A stretch of 64,000 bases of DNA from the human T2T-CHM13v2.0 reference genome, Homo sapiens: assembly GCF_009914755.1 (NCBI RefSeq), contig NC_060948.1; one strand, 5' to 3'. The translations under genes and the position numbers were made by a program. A model generated the notes under the pieces. That model was not told where the DNA came from. It saw nothing but the letters and a program-made list of their open reading frames with translations, and did not search any database. This document shows positions 14,094-33,447 of this stretch, in pieces. Within the stretch, counting starts at the first letter, position 1. Every line of letters starts with the position of its first letter.

Positions 14094-15629
14094 ATACGTA
14101 TACATTATGTATATAATAATATACAGTATCATATATATAATATATATAACCTATGTATAATATTGTTTTACATCCTGCATCTTATGTTATATATATTGTA
14201 TAAAATATAATAATTGATAATATATAAGTTTTATATTTATACAATATGACATATAGTATATATTATAATTTATGACATATATAATATATGTTATATGTCA
14301 TATATAGAATATATTATACGGTTAATATACGTATTAAATATAAATTATACATTAGATATATTATATATAATATATCTGTTATATATAATACCCATTATGC
14401 ATAATATATATATTATGTCTATGTTATATATAGTATAAAACAACATATGATAATATATAATTGTATATATAAAATGCGACATATAATATATATTATATTT
14501 TATAACATATGTAATATATATTATATATTATATATAATACTTTGTATGTATAATACCTATATAAAATATATATTATATGACTATGTTATTAATTACATGT
14601 CACATGTGTTATATATTATATATTTTACATAGAATATACCGGTTACATACAATATATACTATGTTACCTATAATGTATAATTGATTACATGTAAAATAAA
14701 GAATGGAATATATTATGTATAATTTATAATATACCATATGTGGAATGTGATATATATAACATATAATATATGATATATGATATACAGTATATGATATATA
14801 ACATACAATATATGATTCCTAATATATATGGTATACAATATATATTTTATGATATGTATTCTATATGTTTTATATTCTGTTATATATAACTATTTGAAAT
14901 TATATATAACTGTATAATATTTTATGTAAATATGTAATATAATATATATAACTATATAATATATTATATATAACTATATATTATGTTATATATACTTTTA
15001 TAACATAATTTACATAAAATATCATAATATAATATATATTATATTATTTCATATTACATAATATATATTACATATCACCCAATATAACTAACATACATAA
15101 TATTATAATATAGATTATATTGTGTTATATTAAATATCATATATATCATGTATCATATATTCTATAATATATATTACACATTATATAATATGTATGTTGT
15201 CTATTATGTGATATATATAACTCTATATATAATTATATTTTTATACATATAACTAGATAAACATGTAATTCTACATATTTTCATTTATAATATGTAGAAT
15301 TATATAATCATATATAATTATTTATATTCTATAAAAAATTTTATCATTCTATAAATTATAATATATAAAAATTATAATATGTACTACAAATATATATATT
15401 ATATGTCATATATGATATAGTACCTTTGTTATATATCATAATACATATAAATGTGTATTATGTTTTCTATAATTATATAATTTCATATATAAGATGTATA
15501 ATATGTATCATATATTATATAAGTTATGTAATATATATAGTATATATAAGATGACACAGGATAAATATTATATACTATGACATATAAAATATATGAGGTT
15601 ATATGTTACATATAAGGCATAGCACATAA

Positions 15630-15944
<315 letters not shown>

Positions 15945-16513
15945 AGATCCATATTTTTTAAATGAAAAAAAATTTCAAAGGTACTCTGCTTGGTACAATA
16001 ATCAAATGTATAAACTGAGGAATAAAACATAACCATGAAACCTACTTATAACTGCATATGGAAAATACAGAGGATAATTTTTTAAATAACATATTTTGAA
16101 AGCCTTAACTAGTAATTTGAAGAGTTGGCATTTGAAAGGCCAGTATGAATATACCTTCAAAGCAGCAACACAGGTTCCCCATGAGAAAAAGCAAACACAG
16201 GGAAAATAAAAACACAAAGGTTCAATCTCTTCTGACCTTTGAAAGACACAGCACAGACAGTGGTCCTTAGGACGAAGAGCAGGAGACCCCTAATTCCGTC
16301 ACCATGGCGATAGGGCATAAACATTGCTGGGTGAGGGCACAATCCACATTGTGAGGTCCAACTGCTGCCAGGAAGACAGGAGTGCTTTTACATAGACCGA
16401 AAGGTCATTGAAAGCTCAGAGTTTTGTTTCAAGATCTGAATCCCAAGCCCACACGTTATTAGGCTGCGCTTCTTAAAACAAGTTATGAGATGGGAAAAAG
16501 GGCACCCACAAAC
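15945..16513. repeat. HSATI-type segment, unit 7
   Basis: Near-identical copy of 1422-1990. Confidence 0.8.
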
Positions 16514-18047
16514 ATACGTATACATTATGTATGTAATAATATACAGTGTCATATATATAATATATTTAACCTATGTATAATATTGTTTTACATCCTGCAT
16601 CTTATGTTATATATATTGTATAAAATATAATAATTGATAATATATAAGTTTTATATTTATACAATATGACATATAGTATATATTATAATTTATGACATAT
16701 ATAATATATGTTATATGTCATATATAGAATATATTATACGGTTAATATACGTATTAAATATAAATTATACATTATATATATTATATATAATATATCTGTT
16801 ATATATAATACCCATTATGCATAATATATATATTATGTCTATGTTATATATAGTATAAAACAACATATAATAATATATAATTGTATATATAAAATGCGAC
16901 ATATAATATATATTATATTTTATAACATATGTAATATATATTATATATTATATATAATACGTTGTATGTATAATACCTATATTAAATATATATTATATGA
17001 CTATGTTATTAATTACATGTCACATGTGTTATATATTATATATTTTACATAGAATATACCGGTTACATACAATATATACTATGTTACCTATATTGTATAA
17101 TTTATTACATGTAAAATAAAGAATGCAATATATTATGTATAATTTATAATATACAATATGTGGAATGTGATATATGTAACATATAATATATGATATATGA
17201 TATACAGTATATGATATATAACATACAATATATGATTCCTAATATATATGGTATACAATATATATTTTATGATATGTATTCTATATGTTTTATATTCTGT
17301 TATATATAACTATTTGAAATTATATATAACTGTATAATATTTTATGTAAATATGTAATATAATATATATAACTATATAATATATTATATATAACTATATA
17401 TTATGTTATATATACTTTTATAACATAATTTACATAAAATATCATAATATAATATATATTATATTATTTCATATTACATAATATATATTACATATCACCC
17501 AATATAACTAACATACATAATATTATAATATAGATTATATTGTGTTATATTAAATATCATATATATCATGTATCATATATTCTATAATATATATTACACA
17601 TTATATAATATGTATGTTGTCTATTATGTGATATATATAACTATATATAATTATATTTTTATACATATAACTGGATAAACATGTAATTCTACATATTTTC
17701 ATTTATAATATGTAGAATTATATAATCATATATAATTTTTTATATTCTATAAAAAATTTTATCATTTTATAAATTATAATATATAAAAATTATAATATGT
17801 ACTACAAATATATATATTATATATCATATATGATATAGTACCTTTGTTATATATCGTAATACATATAAATGTGTATTATGTTATCTATAATTATATAATT
17901 TCATATATAAGATGTATAATATGTATCATATATTATAGATGTTATGTAATATATATAGTATATATAAGATGACACAGGATAAATATTATATACTATGACA
18001 TATAAAATATATGAGGTTATCTGTTACATATAAGGCATAGCACATAA

Positions 18048-18362
<315 letters not shown>

Positions 18363-18931
18363 AGATCCATATTTTTTAAATGAAAAAAAATTTCAAAGGT
18401 ACTCTGCTTGGTACAATAATCAAATGTATAAACTGAGGAAAAAAACATAACCATGAAACCTACTTATAACTGCATATGGAAAATACAGAGGATAATTTTT
18501 TAAATAACATATTTTGAAAGCCTTAACTAGTAATTTGAAGAGTTGGCATTTGAAAGGCTAGTATGAATATACCTTCAAAGCAGCAACACAGGTTCCCCAT
18601 GAGAAAAAGCAAACACAGGGAAAATAAAAACACAAAGGTTCAATCTCTTCTGACCTTTGAAAGACACAGCACAGACAGTGGTCCTTAGGACGAAGAGCAG
18701 GAGACCCCTAATTCCGTCACCATGGCGATAGGGCATAAACATTGCTGGGTGAGGGCACAATCCACATTGTGAGGTCCAACTGCTGCCAGGAAGACAGGAG
18801 TGCTTTTACATAGACCGAAAGGTCATGGAAGGCTCAGAGTTTTGTTTCAAGAACTGAATCCCAAGCCCACACGTTATTAGGCTGCGCTTCTTAAAACAAG
18901 TTATGAGATGGGAAAAAGGGCACCCACAAAC
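18363..18931. repeat. HSATI-type segment, unit 8
   Basis: Near-identical copy of 1422-1990. C>T at 18559 removes the HaeIII site. Confidence 0.8.
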
Positions 18932-20467
18932 ATACGTATACATTATGTATATAATAATATACAGTATCATATATATAATATATATAACCTATGTATAATA
19001 TTGTTTTACATCCTGCATCTTATGTTATATATATTGTATAAAATATAATAATTGATAATATATAAGTTTTATAATTATACAATATGACATAGAGTATATA
19101 TTATAATTTATGACATATATAATATATGTTATATATCATATATAGAATATATTATACGGTTAATATACGTATTAAATATAAATTATACATTATATATATT
19201 ATATATAATATATCTGTTATATATAATACCCATTATGCATAATATATATATTATGTCTATGTTATATATAGTATAAAACAACATATAATAATATATAATT
19301 GTATATATAAAATGCGACATATAATATATATTATATTTTATAACATATGTAATATATATTATATATTATATATAATAGGTTGTATGTATAATACCTATAT
19401 TAAATATATATTATATGACTATGTTATTAATTACATGTCACATGTGTTATATATTATATATTTTACATAGAATATACCGGTTACATACAATATATACTAT
19501 GTTACCTATAATGTATAATTTATTACATGTAAAATAAAGAATGCAATATATTATGTATAATTTATAATATACAATATGTGGAATGTGATATATGTAACAT
19601 ATAATATATGATATATGATATACAGTATATGATATATAACATACAATATATGATTCCTAATATATATGGTATACAATATCTATTTTATGATATGTATTCT
19701 ATATGTTTTATATTCTGTTATATATAACTATTTGAAATTATATATAACTGTATAATATTTTATGTAAATATGTAATATAATATATATAACTATATAATAT
19801 ATTATATATAACTATATATTATGTTATATATACTTTTATAACATAATTTACATAAAATATCATAATATAATATATATTATATTATTTCATATTACATAAT
19901 ATATATTACATATCACCCAATATAACTAACATACATAATATTATAATATAGATTATATTATGTTATATTAAATATCATATATATCATGTATCATATATTC
20001 TATAATATATATTACACATTATATAATATGTATGTTGTCTATTATGTGATATATATAACTATATATATAATTATATTTTTATACATATAACTGGATAAAC
20101 ATGTAATTCTACATATTTTCATTTATAATATGTAGAATTATATAATCATATATAATTTTTTATATTCTATAAAAAATTTTATCATTTTATAAATTATAAT
20201 ATATAAAAATTATAATATGTACTACAAATATATATATTATATATCATATATGATATAGTACCTTTGTTATATATCATAATACATATAAATGTGTATTATG
20301 TTATCTATAATTATATAATTTCATATATAAGATGTATAATATGTATCATATATTATATATGTTATGTAATATATATAGTATATATAAGATGACACAGGAT
20401 AAATATTATATACTATGACATATAAAATATATGAGGTTATATGTTACATATAAGGCATAGCACATAA

Positions 20468-20782
<315 letters not shown>

Positions 20783-21351
20783 AGATCCATATTTTTTAAA
20801 TGAAAAAAAATTTCAAAGGTACTCTGCTTGGTACAATAATCAAATGTATAAACTGAGGAATAAAACATAACCATGAAACCTACTTATAACTGCATATGGA
20901 AAATACAGAGGATAATTTTTTAAATAACATATTTTGAAAGCCTTAACTAGTAATTTGAAGAGTTGGCATTTGAAAGGCCAGTATGAATATACCTTCAAAG
21001 CAGCAACACAGGTTCCCCATGAGAAAAAGCAAACACAGGGAAAATAAAAACACAAAGGTTCAATCTCTTCTGACCTTTGAAAGACACAGCACAGACAGTG
21101 GTCCTTAGGACGAAGAGCAGGAGACCCCTAATTCCGTCACCATGGCGATAGGGCATAAACATTGCTGGGTGAGGGCACAATCCACATTGTGAGGTCCAAC
21201 TGCTGCCAGGAAGACAGGAGTGCTTTTACATAGACCGAAAGGTCATTGAAGGCTCAGAGTTTTGTTTCAAGAACTGAATCCCAAGCCCACACGTTATTAG
21301 GCTGCGCTTCTTAAAACAAGTTATGAGATGGGAAAAAGGGCACCCACAAAC
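20783..21351. repeat. HSATI-type segment, unit 9
   Basis: Near-identical copy of 1422-1990. Confidence 0.8.
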
Positions 21352-22887
21352 ATACGTATACATTATGTATATAATAATATACAGTATCATATATATAATA
21401 TATATAACCTATGTATAATATTGTTTTACATCCTGCATCTTATGTTATATATATTGTATAAAATATAATAATTGATAATATATAAGTTTTATAATTATAC
21501 AATATGACTTATAGTATATATTATAATTTATGACATATATAATATATGTTATATATCATATATAGAATATATTATACGGTTAATATACGTATTAAATATA
21601 AATTATACATTATATATATTATATATAATATATCTGTTATATATAATACCCATTATGCATAATATATATATTATGTCTATGTTATATATAGTATAAAACA
21701 ACATATAATAATATATAATTGTATATATAAAATGCGACATATAATATATATTATATTTTATAACATATGTAATATATATTATATATTATATATAATACGT
21801 TGTATGTATAATACCTATATTAAATATATATTATATGACTATGTTATTAATTACATGTCACATGTGTTATATATTATATATTTTACATAGAATATACCGG
21901 TTACATACAATATATACTATGTTACCTATAATGTATAATTTATTACATGTAAAATAAAGAATGCAATATATTATGTATATTTTATAATATACAATATGTG
22001 GAATGTGATATATATAACATATAATATATGATATATGATATACAGTATATGATATATAACATAAAATATATGATTCCTAATATATATGGTATACAATATC
22101 TATTTTATGATATGTATTCTATATGTTTTATATTCTGTTATATATAACTATTTGAAATTATATATAACTGTATAATATTTTATGTAAATATGTAATATAA
22201 TATATATAACTATATAATATATTATATATAACTATATATTATGTTATATATACTTTTATAACATAATTTACATAAAATATCATAATATAATATATATTAT
22301 ATTATTTCATATTACATAATATATATTACATATCAACCAATATAACTAACATACATAATATTATAATATAGATTATATTATGTTATATTAAATATCATAT
22401 ATATCATGTATCATATATTCTATAATATATATTACACATTATATAATATGTATGTTGTCTATTATGTGATATATATAACTATATATATAATTATATTTTT
22501 ATACATATAACTAGATAAACATGTAATTCTACATATTTTCATTTATAATATGTAGAATTATATAATCATATATAATTATTTATATTCTATAAAAAATTTT
22601 ATCATTATATAAATTATAATATATAAAAATTATAATATGTACTACAAATATATATATTATATATCATATATGATATAGTACCTTTGTTATATATCATAAT
22701 ACATATAAATGTGTATTATGTTATCTATAATTATATAATTTCATATATAAGATGTATAATATGTATCATATATTATATATGTTATGTAATATATATAGTA
22801 TATATAAGATGACACAGGATAAATATTATATACTATGACATATAAAATATATGAGGTTATATGTTACATATAAGGCATAGCACATAA

Positions 22888-23202
<315 letters not shown>

Positions 23203-23771
23203 AGATCCGTATTTTTTAAATGAAAAAAAATTTCAAAGGTACTCTGCTTGGTACAATAATCAAATGTATAAACTGAGGAATAAAACATAACCATGAAACC
23301 TACTTATAACTGCATATGGAAAATACAGAGGATAATTTTTTAAATAACATATTTTGAAAGCCTTAACTAGTAATTTGAAGAGTTGGCATTTGAAAGGCCA
23401 GTATGAATATACCTTCAAAGCAGCAACACAGGTTCCCCATGAGAAAAAGCAAACACAGGGAAAATAAAAACACAAAGGTTCAATCTCTTCTGACCTTTGA
23501 AAGACACAGCACAGACAGTGGTCCTTAGGACGAAGAGCAGGAGACCCCTAATTCCGTCACCATGGCGATAGGGCATAAACATTGCTGGGTGAGGGCACAA
23601 TCCACATTGTGAGGTCCAACTGCTGCCAGGAAGACAGGAGTGCTTTTACATAGACCGAAAGGTCATTGAAGGCTCAGAGTTTTGTTTCAAGAACTGAATC
23701 CCAAGCCCACACGTTATTAGGCTGCGCTTCTTAAAACAAGTTATGAGATGGGAAAAAGGGCACCCACAAAC
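23203..23771. repeat. HSATI-type segment, unit 10
   Basis: Near-identical copy of 1422-1990. Confidence 0.8.
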
Positions 23772-25307
23772 ATACGTATACATTATGTATATAATAATAT
23801 ACAGTATCATATATATAATATATATAACCTATGTATAATATTGTTTTACATCCTGCATCTTATGTTATATATATTGTATAAAATATAATAATTGATAATA
23901 TATAAGTTTTATAATTATACAATATGACATATAGTATATATTATAATTTATGACATATATAATATATGTTATATATCATATATAGAATATATTATACGGT
24001 TAATATACGTATTAAATATAAATTATACATTATATATATTATATATAATATATCTGTTATATATAATACCCATTATGCATAATATATATATTATGTCTAT
24101 GTTATATATAGTATAAAACAACATATAATAATATATAATTGTATATATAAAATGCGACATAGAATATATATTATATTTTATAACATATGTAATATATATT
24201 ATATATTATATATAATACGTTGTATGTATAATACCTATATTAAATATATATTATATGACTATGTTATTAATTACATGTCACATGTGTTATATATTATATA
24301 TTTTACATAGAATATACCGGTTACATACAATATATACTATGTTACCTATAATGTATAATTTATTACATGTAAAATAAAGAATGCAATATATTATGTATAA
24401 TTTATAATATACAATATGTGGAATGTGATATATGTAACATATAATATATGATATATGATATACAGTATATGATATATAACATACAATATATGATTCCTAA
24501 TATATATGGTATACAATATATATTTTATGATATGTATTCTATATGTTTTATATTCTGTTATATATAACTATTTGAAATTATATATAACTGTATAATATTT
24601 TATGTAAATATGTAATATAATATATATAACTATATAATATATTATATATAACTATATATTATGTTATATATACTTTTATAACATAATTTACATAAAATAT
24701 CATAATATAATATATATTATATTATTTCATATTACATAATATATATTACATATCAACCAATATAAATAACATACATCATATTATAATATAGATTATATTA
24801 TGTTATATTAAATATCATATATATCATGTATCATATATTCTATAATATATATTACACATTATATAATATGTATGTTGTCTATTATGTGATATATATAACT
24901 ATATATATAATTATATTTTTATACATATAACTGGATAAACATGTAATTCTACATATTTTCATTTATAATATGTAGAATTATATAATCATATATAATTATT
25001 TATATTCTATAAAAAATTTTATCATTATATAAATTATAATATATAAAAATTATAATATGTACTACAAATATATATATTATATATCATATATGATATAGTA
25101 CCTTTGTTATATATCATAATACATATAAATGTGTATTATGTTATCTATAATTATATAATTTCATATATAAGATGTATAATATGTATCATATATTATATAT
25201 GTTATGTAATATATATAGTATATATAAGATGACACAGGATAAATATTATATACTATGACATATAAAATATATGAGGTTATATGTTACATATAAGGCATAG
25301 CACATAA

Positions 25308-25622
<315 letters not shown>

Positions 25623-26191
25623 AGATCCGTATTTTTTAAATGAAAAAAAATTTCAAAGGTACTCTGCTTGGTACAATAATCAAATGTATAAACTGAGGAA
25701 TAAAACATAACCATGAAACCTACTTATAACTGCATATGGAAAATACAGAGGATAATTTTTTAAATAACATATTTTGAAAGCCTTAACTAGTAATTTGAAG
25801 AGTTGGCATTTGAAAGGCCAGTATGAATATACCTTCAAAGCAGCAACACAGGTTCCCCATGAGAAAAAGCAAACACAGGGAAAATAAAAACACAAAGGTT
25901 CAATCTCTTCTGACCTTTGAAAGACACAGCACAGACAGTGGTCCTTAGGACGAAGAGCAGGAGACCCCTAATTCCGTCACCATGGCGATAGGGCATAAAC
26001 ATTGCTGGGTGAGGGCACAATCCACATTGTGAGGTCCAACTGCTGCCAGGAAGACAGGAGTGCTTTTACATAGACCGAAAGGTCATTGAAGGCTCAGAGT
26101 TTTGTTTCAAGAACTGAATCCCAAGCCCACACGTTATTAGGCTGCGCTTCTTAAAACAAGTTATGAGATGGGAAAAAGGGCACCCACAAAT
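25623..26191. repeat. HSATI-type segment, unit 11
   Basis: Near-identical copy of 1422-1990. Confidence 0.8.
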
Positions 26192-27727
26192 ATACGTATA
26201 CATTATGTATATAATAATATACAGTATCATATATATAATATATATAACCTATGTATAATATTGTTTTACATCCTGCATCTTATGTTATATATATTGTATA
26301 AAATATAATAATTGATAATATATAAGTTTTATAATTATACAATATGACATATAGTATATATTATAATTTATGACATATATAATATATGTTATATATCATA
26401 TATAGAATATATTATACGGTTAATATACGTATTAAATATAAATTATACATTATATATATTATATATAATATATCTGTTATATATAATACCCATTATGCAT
26501 AATATATATATTATGTCTATGTTATATATAGTATAAAACAACATATAATAATATATAATTGTATATTTAAAATGCGACATAGAATATATATTATATTTTA
26601 TAACATATGTAATATATATTATATATTATATATAATACGTTGTATGTATAATACCTATATTAAATATATATTATATGACTATGTTATTAACTACATGTCA
26701 CATGTGTTATATATTATATATTTTACATAGAATATACCGGTTACATACAATATATACTATGTTACCTATAATGTATAATTTATTACATGTAAAATAAAGA
26801 ATGCAATATATTATGTATAATTTATAATATACAATATGTGGAATGTGATATATGTAACATATAATATATGATATATGATATACAGTATATGATATATAAC
26901 ATACAATATATGATTCCTAATATATATGGTATACAATATATATTTTATGATATGTATTCTATATGTTTTATATTCTGTTATATATAACTATTTGAAATTA
27001 TATATAACTGTATAATATTTTATGTAAATATGTAATATAATATATATAACTATATAATATATTATATATAACTATATATTATGTTATATATACTTTTATA
27101 ACATAATTTACATAAAATATCATAATATAATATATATTATATTATTTCATATTACATAATATATATTACATATCAACCAATATAACTAACATACATCATA
27201 TTATAATATAGATTATATTATGTTATATTAAATATCATATATATCATGTATCATATATTCTATAATATATATTACACATTATATAATATGTATGTTGTCT
27301 ATTATGTGATATATATAACTATATATATAATTATATTTTTATACATATACCTAGATAAACATGTAATTCTACATATTTTCATTTATAATATGTAGAATTA
27401 TATAATCATATATAATTATTTATATTCTATAAAAAATTTTATCATTATATGAATTATAATATATAAAAATTATAATATGTACTACAAATATATATATTAT
27501 ATATCATATATGATATAGTACCTTTGTTATATATCATAATACATATAAATGTGTATTATGTTATCTATAATTATATAATTTCATATATAAGATGTATAAT
27601 ATGTATCATATATTATATATGTTATGTAATATATATAGTATATATAAGATGACACAGGATAAATATTATATACTATGACATATAAAATATATGAGGTTAT
27701 ATGTTACATATAAGGCATAGCACATAA

Positions 27728-28042
<315 letters not shown>

Positions 28043-28611
28043 AGATCCGTATTTTTTAAATGAAAAAAAATTTCAAAGGTACTCTGCTTGGTACAATAAT
28101 CAAATGTATAAACTGAGGAATAAAACATAACCATGAAACCTACTTATAACTGCATATGGAAAATACAGAGGATAATTTTTTAAATAACATATTTTGAAAG
28201 CCTTAACTAGTAATTTGAAGAGTTGGCATTTGAAAGGCCAGTATGAATATACCTTCAAAGCAGCAACACAGGTTCCCCATGAGAAAAAGCAAACACAGGG
28301 AAAATAAAAACACAAAGGTTCAATCTCTTCTGACCTTTGAAAGACACAGCACAGACAGTGGTCCTTAGGACGAAGAGCAGGAGACCCCTAATTCCGTCAC
28401 CATGGCGATAGGGCATAAACATTGCTGGGTGAGGGCACAATCCACATTGTGAGGTCCAACTGCTGCCAGGAAGACAGGAGTGCTTTTACATAGACCGAAA
28501 GGTCATTGAAGGCTCAGAGTTTTGTTTCAAGAACTGAATCCCAAGCCCACACGTTATTAGGCTGCGCTTCTTAAAACAAGTTATGAGATGGGAAAAAGGG
28601 CACCCACAAAC
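28043..28611. repeat. HSATI-type segment, unit 12
   Basis: Near-identical copy of 1422-1990. Confidence 0.8.
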
Positions 28612-30145
28612 ATACGTATACATTATGTATATAATAATATACAGTATCATATATATAATATATATAACCTATGTATAATATTGTTTTACATCCTGCATCT
28701 TATGTTATATATATTGTATAAAATATAATAATTGATAATATATAAGTTTTATAATTATACAATATGACATATAGTATATATTATAATTTATGACATATAT
28801 AATATATGTTATATATCATATATAGAATATATTATACGGTTAATATACGTATTAAATATAAATTATACATTATATATATTATATATAATATATCTGTTAT
28901 ATATAATACCCATTATGCATAATATATATATTATGTCTATGTTATATATAGTATAAAACAACATATAATAATATATAATTGTATATATAAAATGCGACAT
29001 AGAATATATATTATATTTTATAACATATGTAATATATATTATATATTATATATAATACGTTGTATGTATAATACCTATATTAAATATATATTATATGACT
29101 ATGTTATTAATTACATGTCACATGTGTTATATATTATATATTTTACATAGAATATACCGGTTACATACAATATATACTATGTTACCTATAATGTATAATT
29201 TATTACATGTAAAATAAAGAATGCAATATATTATGTATAATTTATAATATACAATATGTGGAATGTGATATATGTAACATATAATATATGATATATGATA
29301 TACAGTATATGATATATAACATACAATATATGATTCCTAATATATATGGTATACAATATATATTTTATGATATGTATTCTATATGTTTTATATTCTGTTA
29401 TATATAACTATTTGAAATTATATATAACTGTATAATATTTTATGTAAATATGTAATATAATATATATAACTATATAATATATTATATATAACTATATATT
29501 ATGTTATATATACTTTTATAACATAATTTACATAAAATATCATAATATAATATATATTACATTATTTCATATTACATAATATATATTACATATCAACCAA
29601 TATAACTAACATACATAATATTATAATATAGATTATATTATGTTATATTAAATATCATATATATCATGTATCATATATTCTATAATATATATTACACATT
29701 ATATAATATGTATGTTGTCTATTATGTGATATATATAACTATATATAATTATATTTTTATACATATAACTAGATAAACATGTAATTCTACATATTTTCAT
29801 TTATAATATGTAGAATTATATAATCATATATAATTATTTATATTCTATAAAAAATTTTATCATTATATAAATTATAATATATAAAAATTATAATATGTAC
29901 TACAAATATATATATTATATATCATATATGATATAGTACCTTTGTTATATATCATAATACATATAAATGTGTATTATGTTATCTATAATTATATAATTTC
30001 ATATATAAGATGTATAATATGTATCATATATTATATATGTTATGTAATATATATAGTATATATAAGATGACACAGGATAAATATTATATACTATGACATA
30101 TAAAATATATGAGGTTATATGTTACATATAAGGCATAGCACATAA

Positions 30146-30460
<315 letters not shown>

Positions 30461-31029
30461 AGATCCATATTTTTTAAATGAAAAAAAATTTCAAAGGTAC
30501 TCTGCTTGGTACAATAATCAAATGTATAAACTGAGGAATAAAACATAACCATGAAACCTACTTATAACTGCATATGGAAAATACAGAGGATAATTTTTTA
30601 AATAACATATTTTGAAAGCCTTAACTAGTAATTTGAAGAGTTGGCATTTGAAAGGCCAGTATGAATATACCTTCAAAGCAGCAACACAGGTTCCCCATGA
30701 GAAAAAGCAAACACAGGGAAAATAAAAACACAAAGGTTCAATCTCTTCTGACCTTTGAAAGACACAGCACAGACAGTGGTCCTTAGGACGAAGAGCAGGA
30801 GACCCCTAATTCCGTCACCATGGCGATAGGGCATAAACATTGCTGGGTGAGGGCACAATCCACATTGTGAGGTCCAACTGCTGCCAGGAAGACAGGAGTG
30901 CTTTTACATAGACCGAAAGGTCATTGAAGGCTCAGAGTTTTGTTTCAAGAACTGAATCCCAAGCCCACACGTTATTAGGCTGCGCTTCTTAAAACAAGTT
31001 ATGAGATGGGAAAAAGGGCACCCACAAAC
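30461..31029. repeat. HSATI-type segment, unit 13
   Basis: Near-identical copy of 1422-1990. Confidence 0.8.
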
Positions 31030-32563
31030 ATACGTATACATTATGTATATAATAATATACAGTATCATATATATAATATATATAACCTATGTATAATATT
31101 GTTTTACATCCTGCATCTTATGTTATATATATTGTATAAAATATAATAATTGATAATATATAAGTTTTATAATTATACAATATGACATATAGTATATATT
31201 ATAATTTATGACATATATAATATATGTTATATATCATATATAGAATATATTATACGGTTAATATACGTATTAAATATAAATTATACATTATATATATTAT
31301 ATATAATATATCTGTTATATATAATACCCATTATGCATAATATATATATTATGTCTATGTTATATATAGTATAAAACAACATATAATAATATATAATTGT
31401 ATATATAAAATGCGACATATAATATATATTATATTTTATAACATATGTAATATATATTATATATTATATATAATACGTTGTATGTATAATACCTATATTA
31501 AATATATATTATATGACTATGTTATTAATTACATGTCACATGTGTTATATATTATATACTTTACATAGAATATACCGGTTACATACAATATATACTATGT
31601 TACCTATAATGTATAATTTATTACATGTAAAATAAAGAATGCAATATATTATGTATAATTTATAATATACAATATGTGGAATGTGATATATATAACATAT
31701 AATATATGATATATGATATACAGTATATGATATATAACATACAATATATGATTCCTAATATATATGGTATACAATATATATTTTATGATATGTATTCTAT
31801 ATGTTTTATATTCTGTTATATATAACTATTTGAAATTATATATAACTGTATAATATTTTATGTAAATATGTAATATAATATATATAACTATATAATATAT
31901 TATATATAACTATATATTATGTTATATATACTTTTATAACATAATTTACATAAAATATCATAATATAATATATATTACATTATTTCATATTACATAATAT
32001 ATATTACATATCAACCAATATAACTAACATACATAATATTATAATATAGATTATATTATGTTATATTAAATATCATATATATCATGTATCATATATTCTA
32101 TAATATATATTACACATTATATAATATGTATGTTGTCTATTATGTGATATATATAACTATATATAATTATATTTTTATACATATAACTAGATAAACATGT
32201 AATTCTACATATTTTCATTTATAATATGTAGAATAATATAATCATATATAATTTTTTATATTCTATAAAAAATTTTATCATTATATAAATTATAATATAT
32301 AAAAATTATAATATGTACTACAAATATATATATTATATATCATATATGATATAGTACCTTTGTTATATATCATAATACATATAAATGTGTATTATGTTAT
32401 CTATAATTATATAATTTCATATATAAGATGTATAATATGTATCATATATTATATATGTTATGTAATATATATAGTATATATAAGATGACACAGGATAAAT
32501 ATTATATACTATGACATATAAAATATATGAGGTTATATGTTACATATAAGGCATAGCACATAA

Positions 32564-32878
<315 letters not shown>

Positions 32879-33447
32879 AGATCCATATTTTTTAAATGAA
32901 AAAAAATTTCAAAGGTACTCTGCTTGGTACAATAATCAAATGTATAAACTGAGGAATAAAACATAACCATGAAACCTACTTATAACTGCATATGGAAAAT
33001 ACAGAGGATAATTTTTTAAATAACATATTTTGAAAGCCTTAACTAGTAATTTGAAGAGTTGGCATTTGAAAGGCCAGTATGAATATACCTTCAAAGCAGC
33101 AACACAGGTTCCCCATGAGAAAAAGCAAACACAGGGAAAATAAAAACACAAAGGTTCAATCTCTTCTGACCTTTGAAAGACACAGCACAGACAGTGGTCC
33201 TTAGGACGAAGAGCAGGAGACCCCTAATTCCGTCACCATGGCGATAGGGCATAAACATTGCTGGGTGAGGGCACAATCCACATTGTGAGGTCCAACTGCT
33301 GCCAGGAAGACAGGAGTGCTTTTACATAGACCGAAAGGTCATTGAAGGCTCAGAGTTTTGTTTCAAGAACTGAATCCCAAGCCCACACGTTATTAGGCTG
33401 CGCTTCTTAAAACAAGTTATGAGATGGGAAAAAGGGCACCCACAAAC
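32879..33447. repeat. HSATI-type segment, unit 14
   Basis: Near-identical copy of 1422-1990. Confidence 0.8.

Noticed and set aside
14447-14632. 61-aa plus-strand I/Y-rich ORF
   Set aside because: Chance ORF in TA low-complexity DNA, opened by private substitutions in one spacer.
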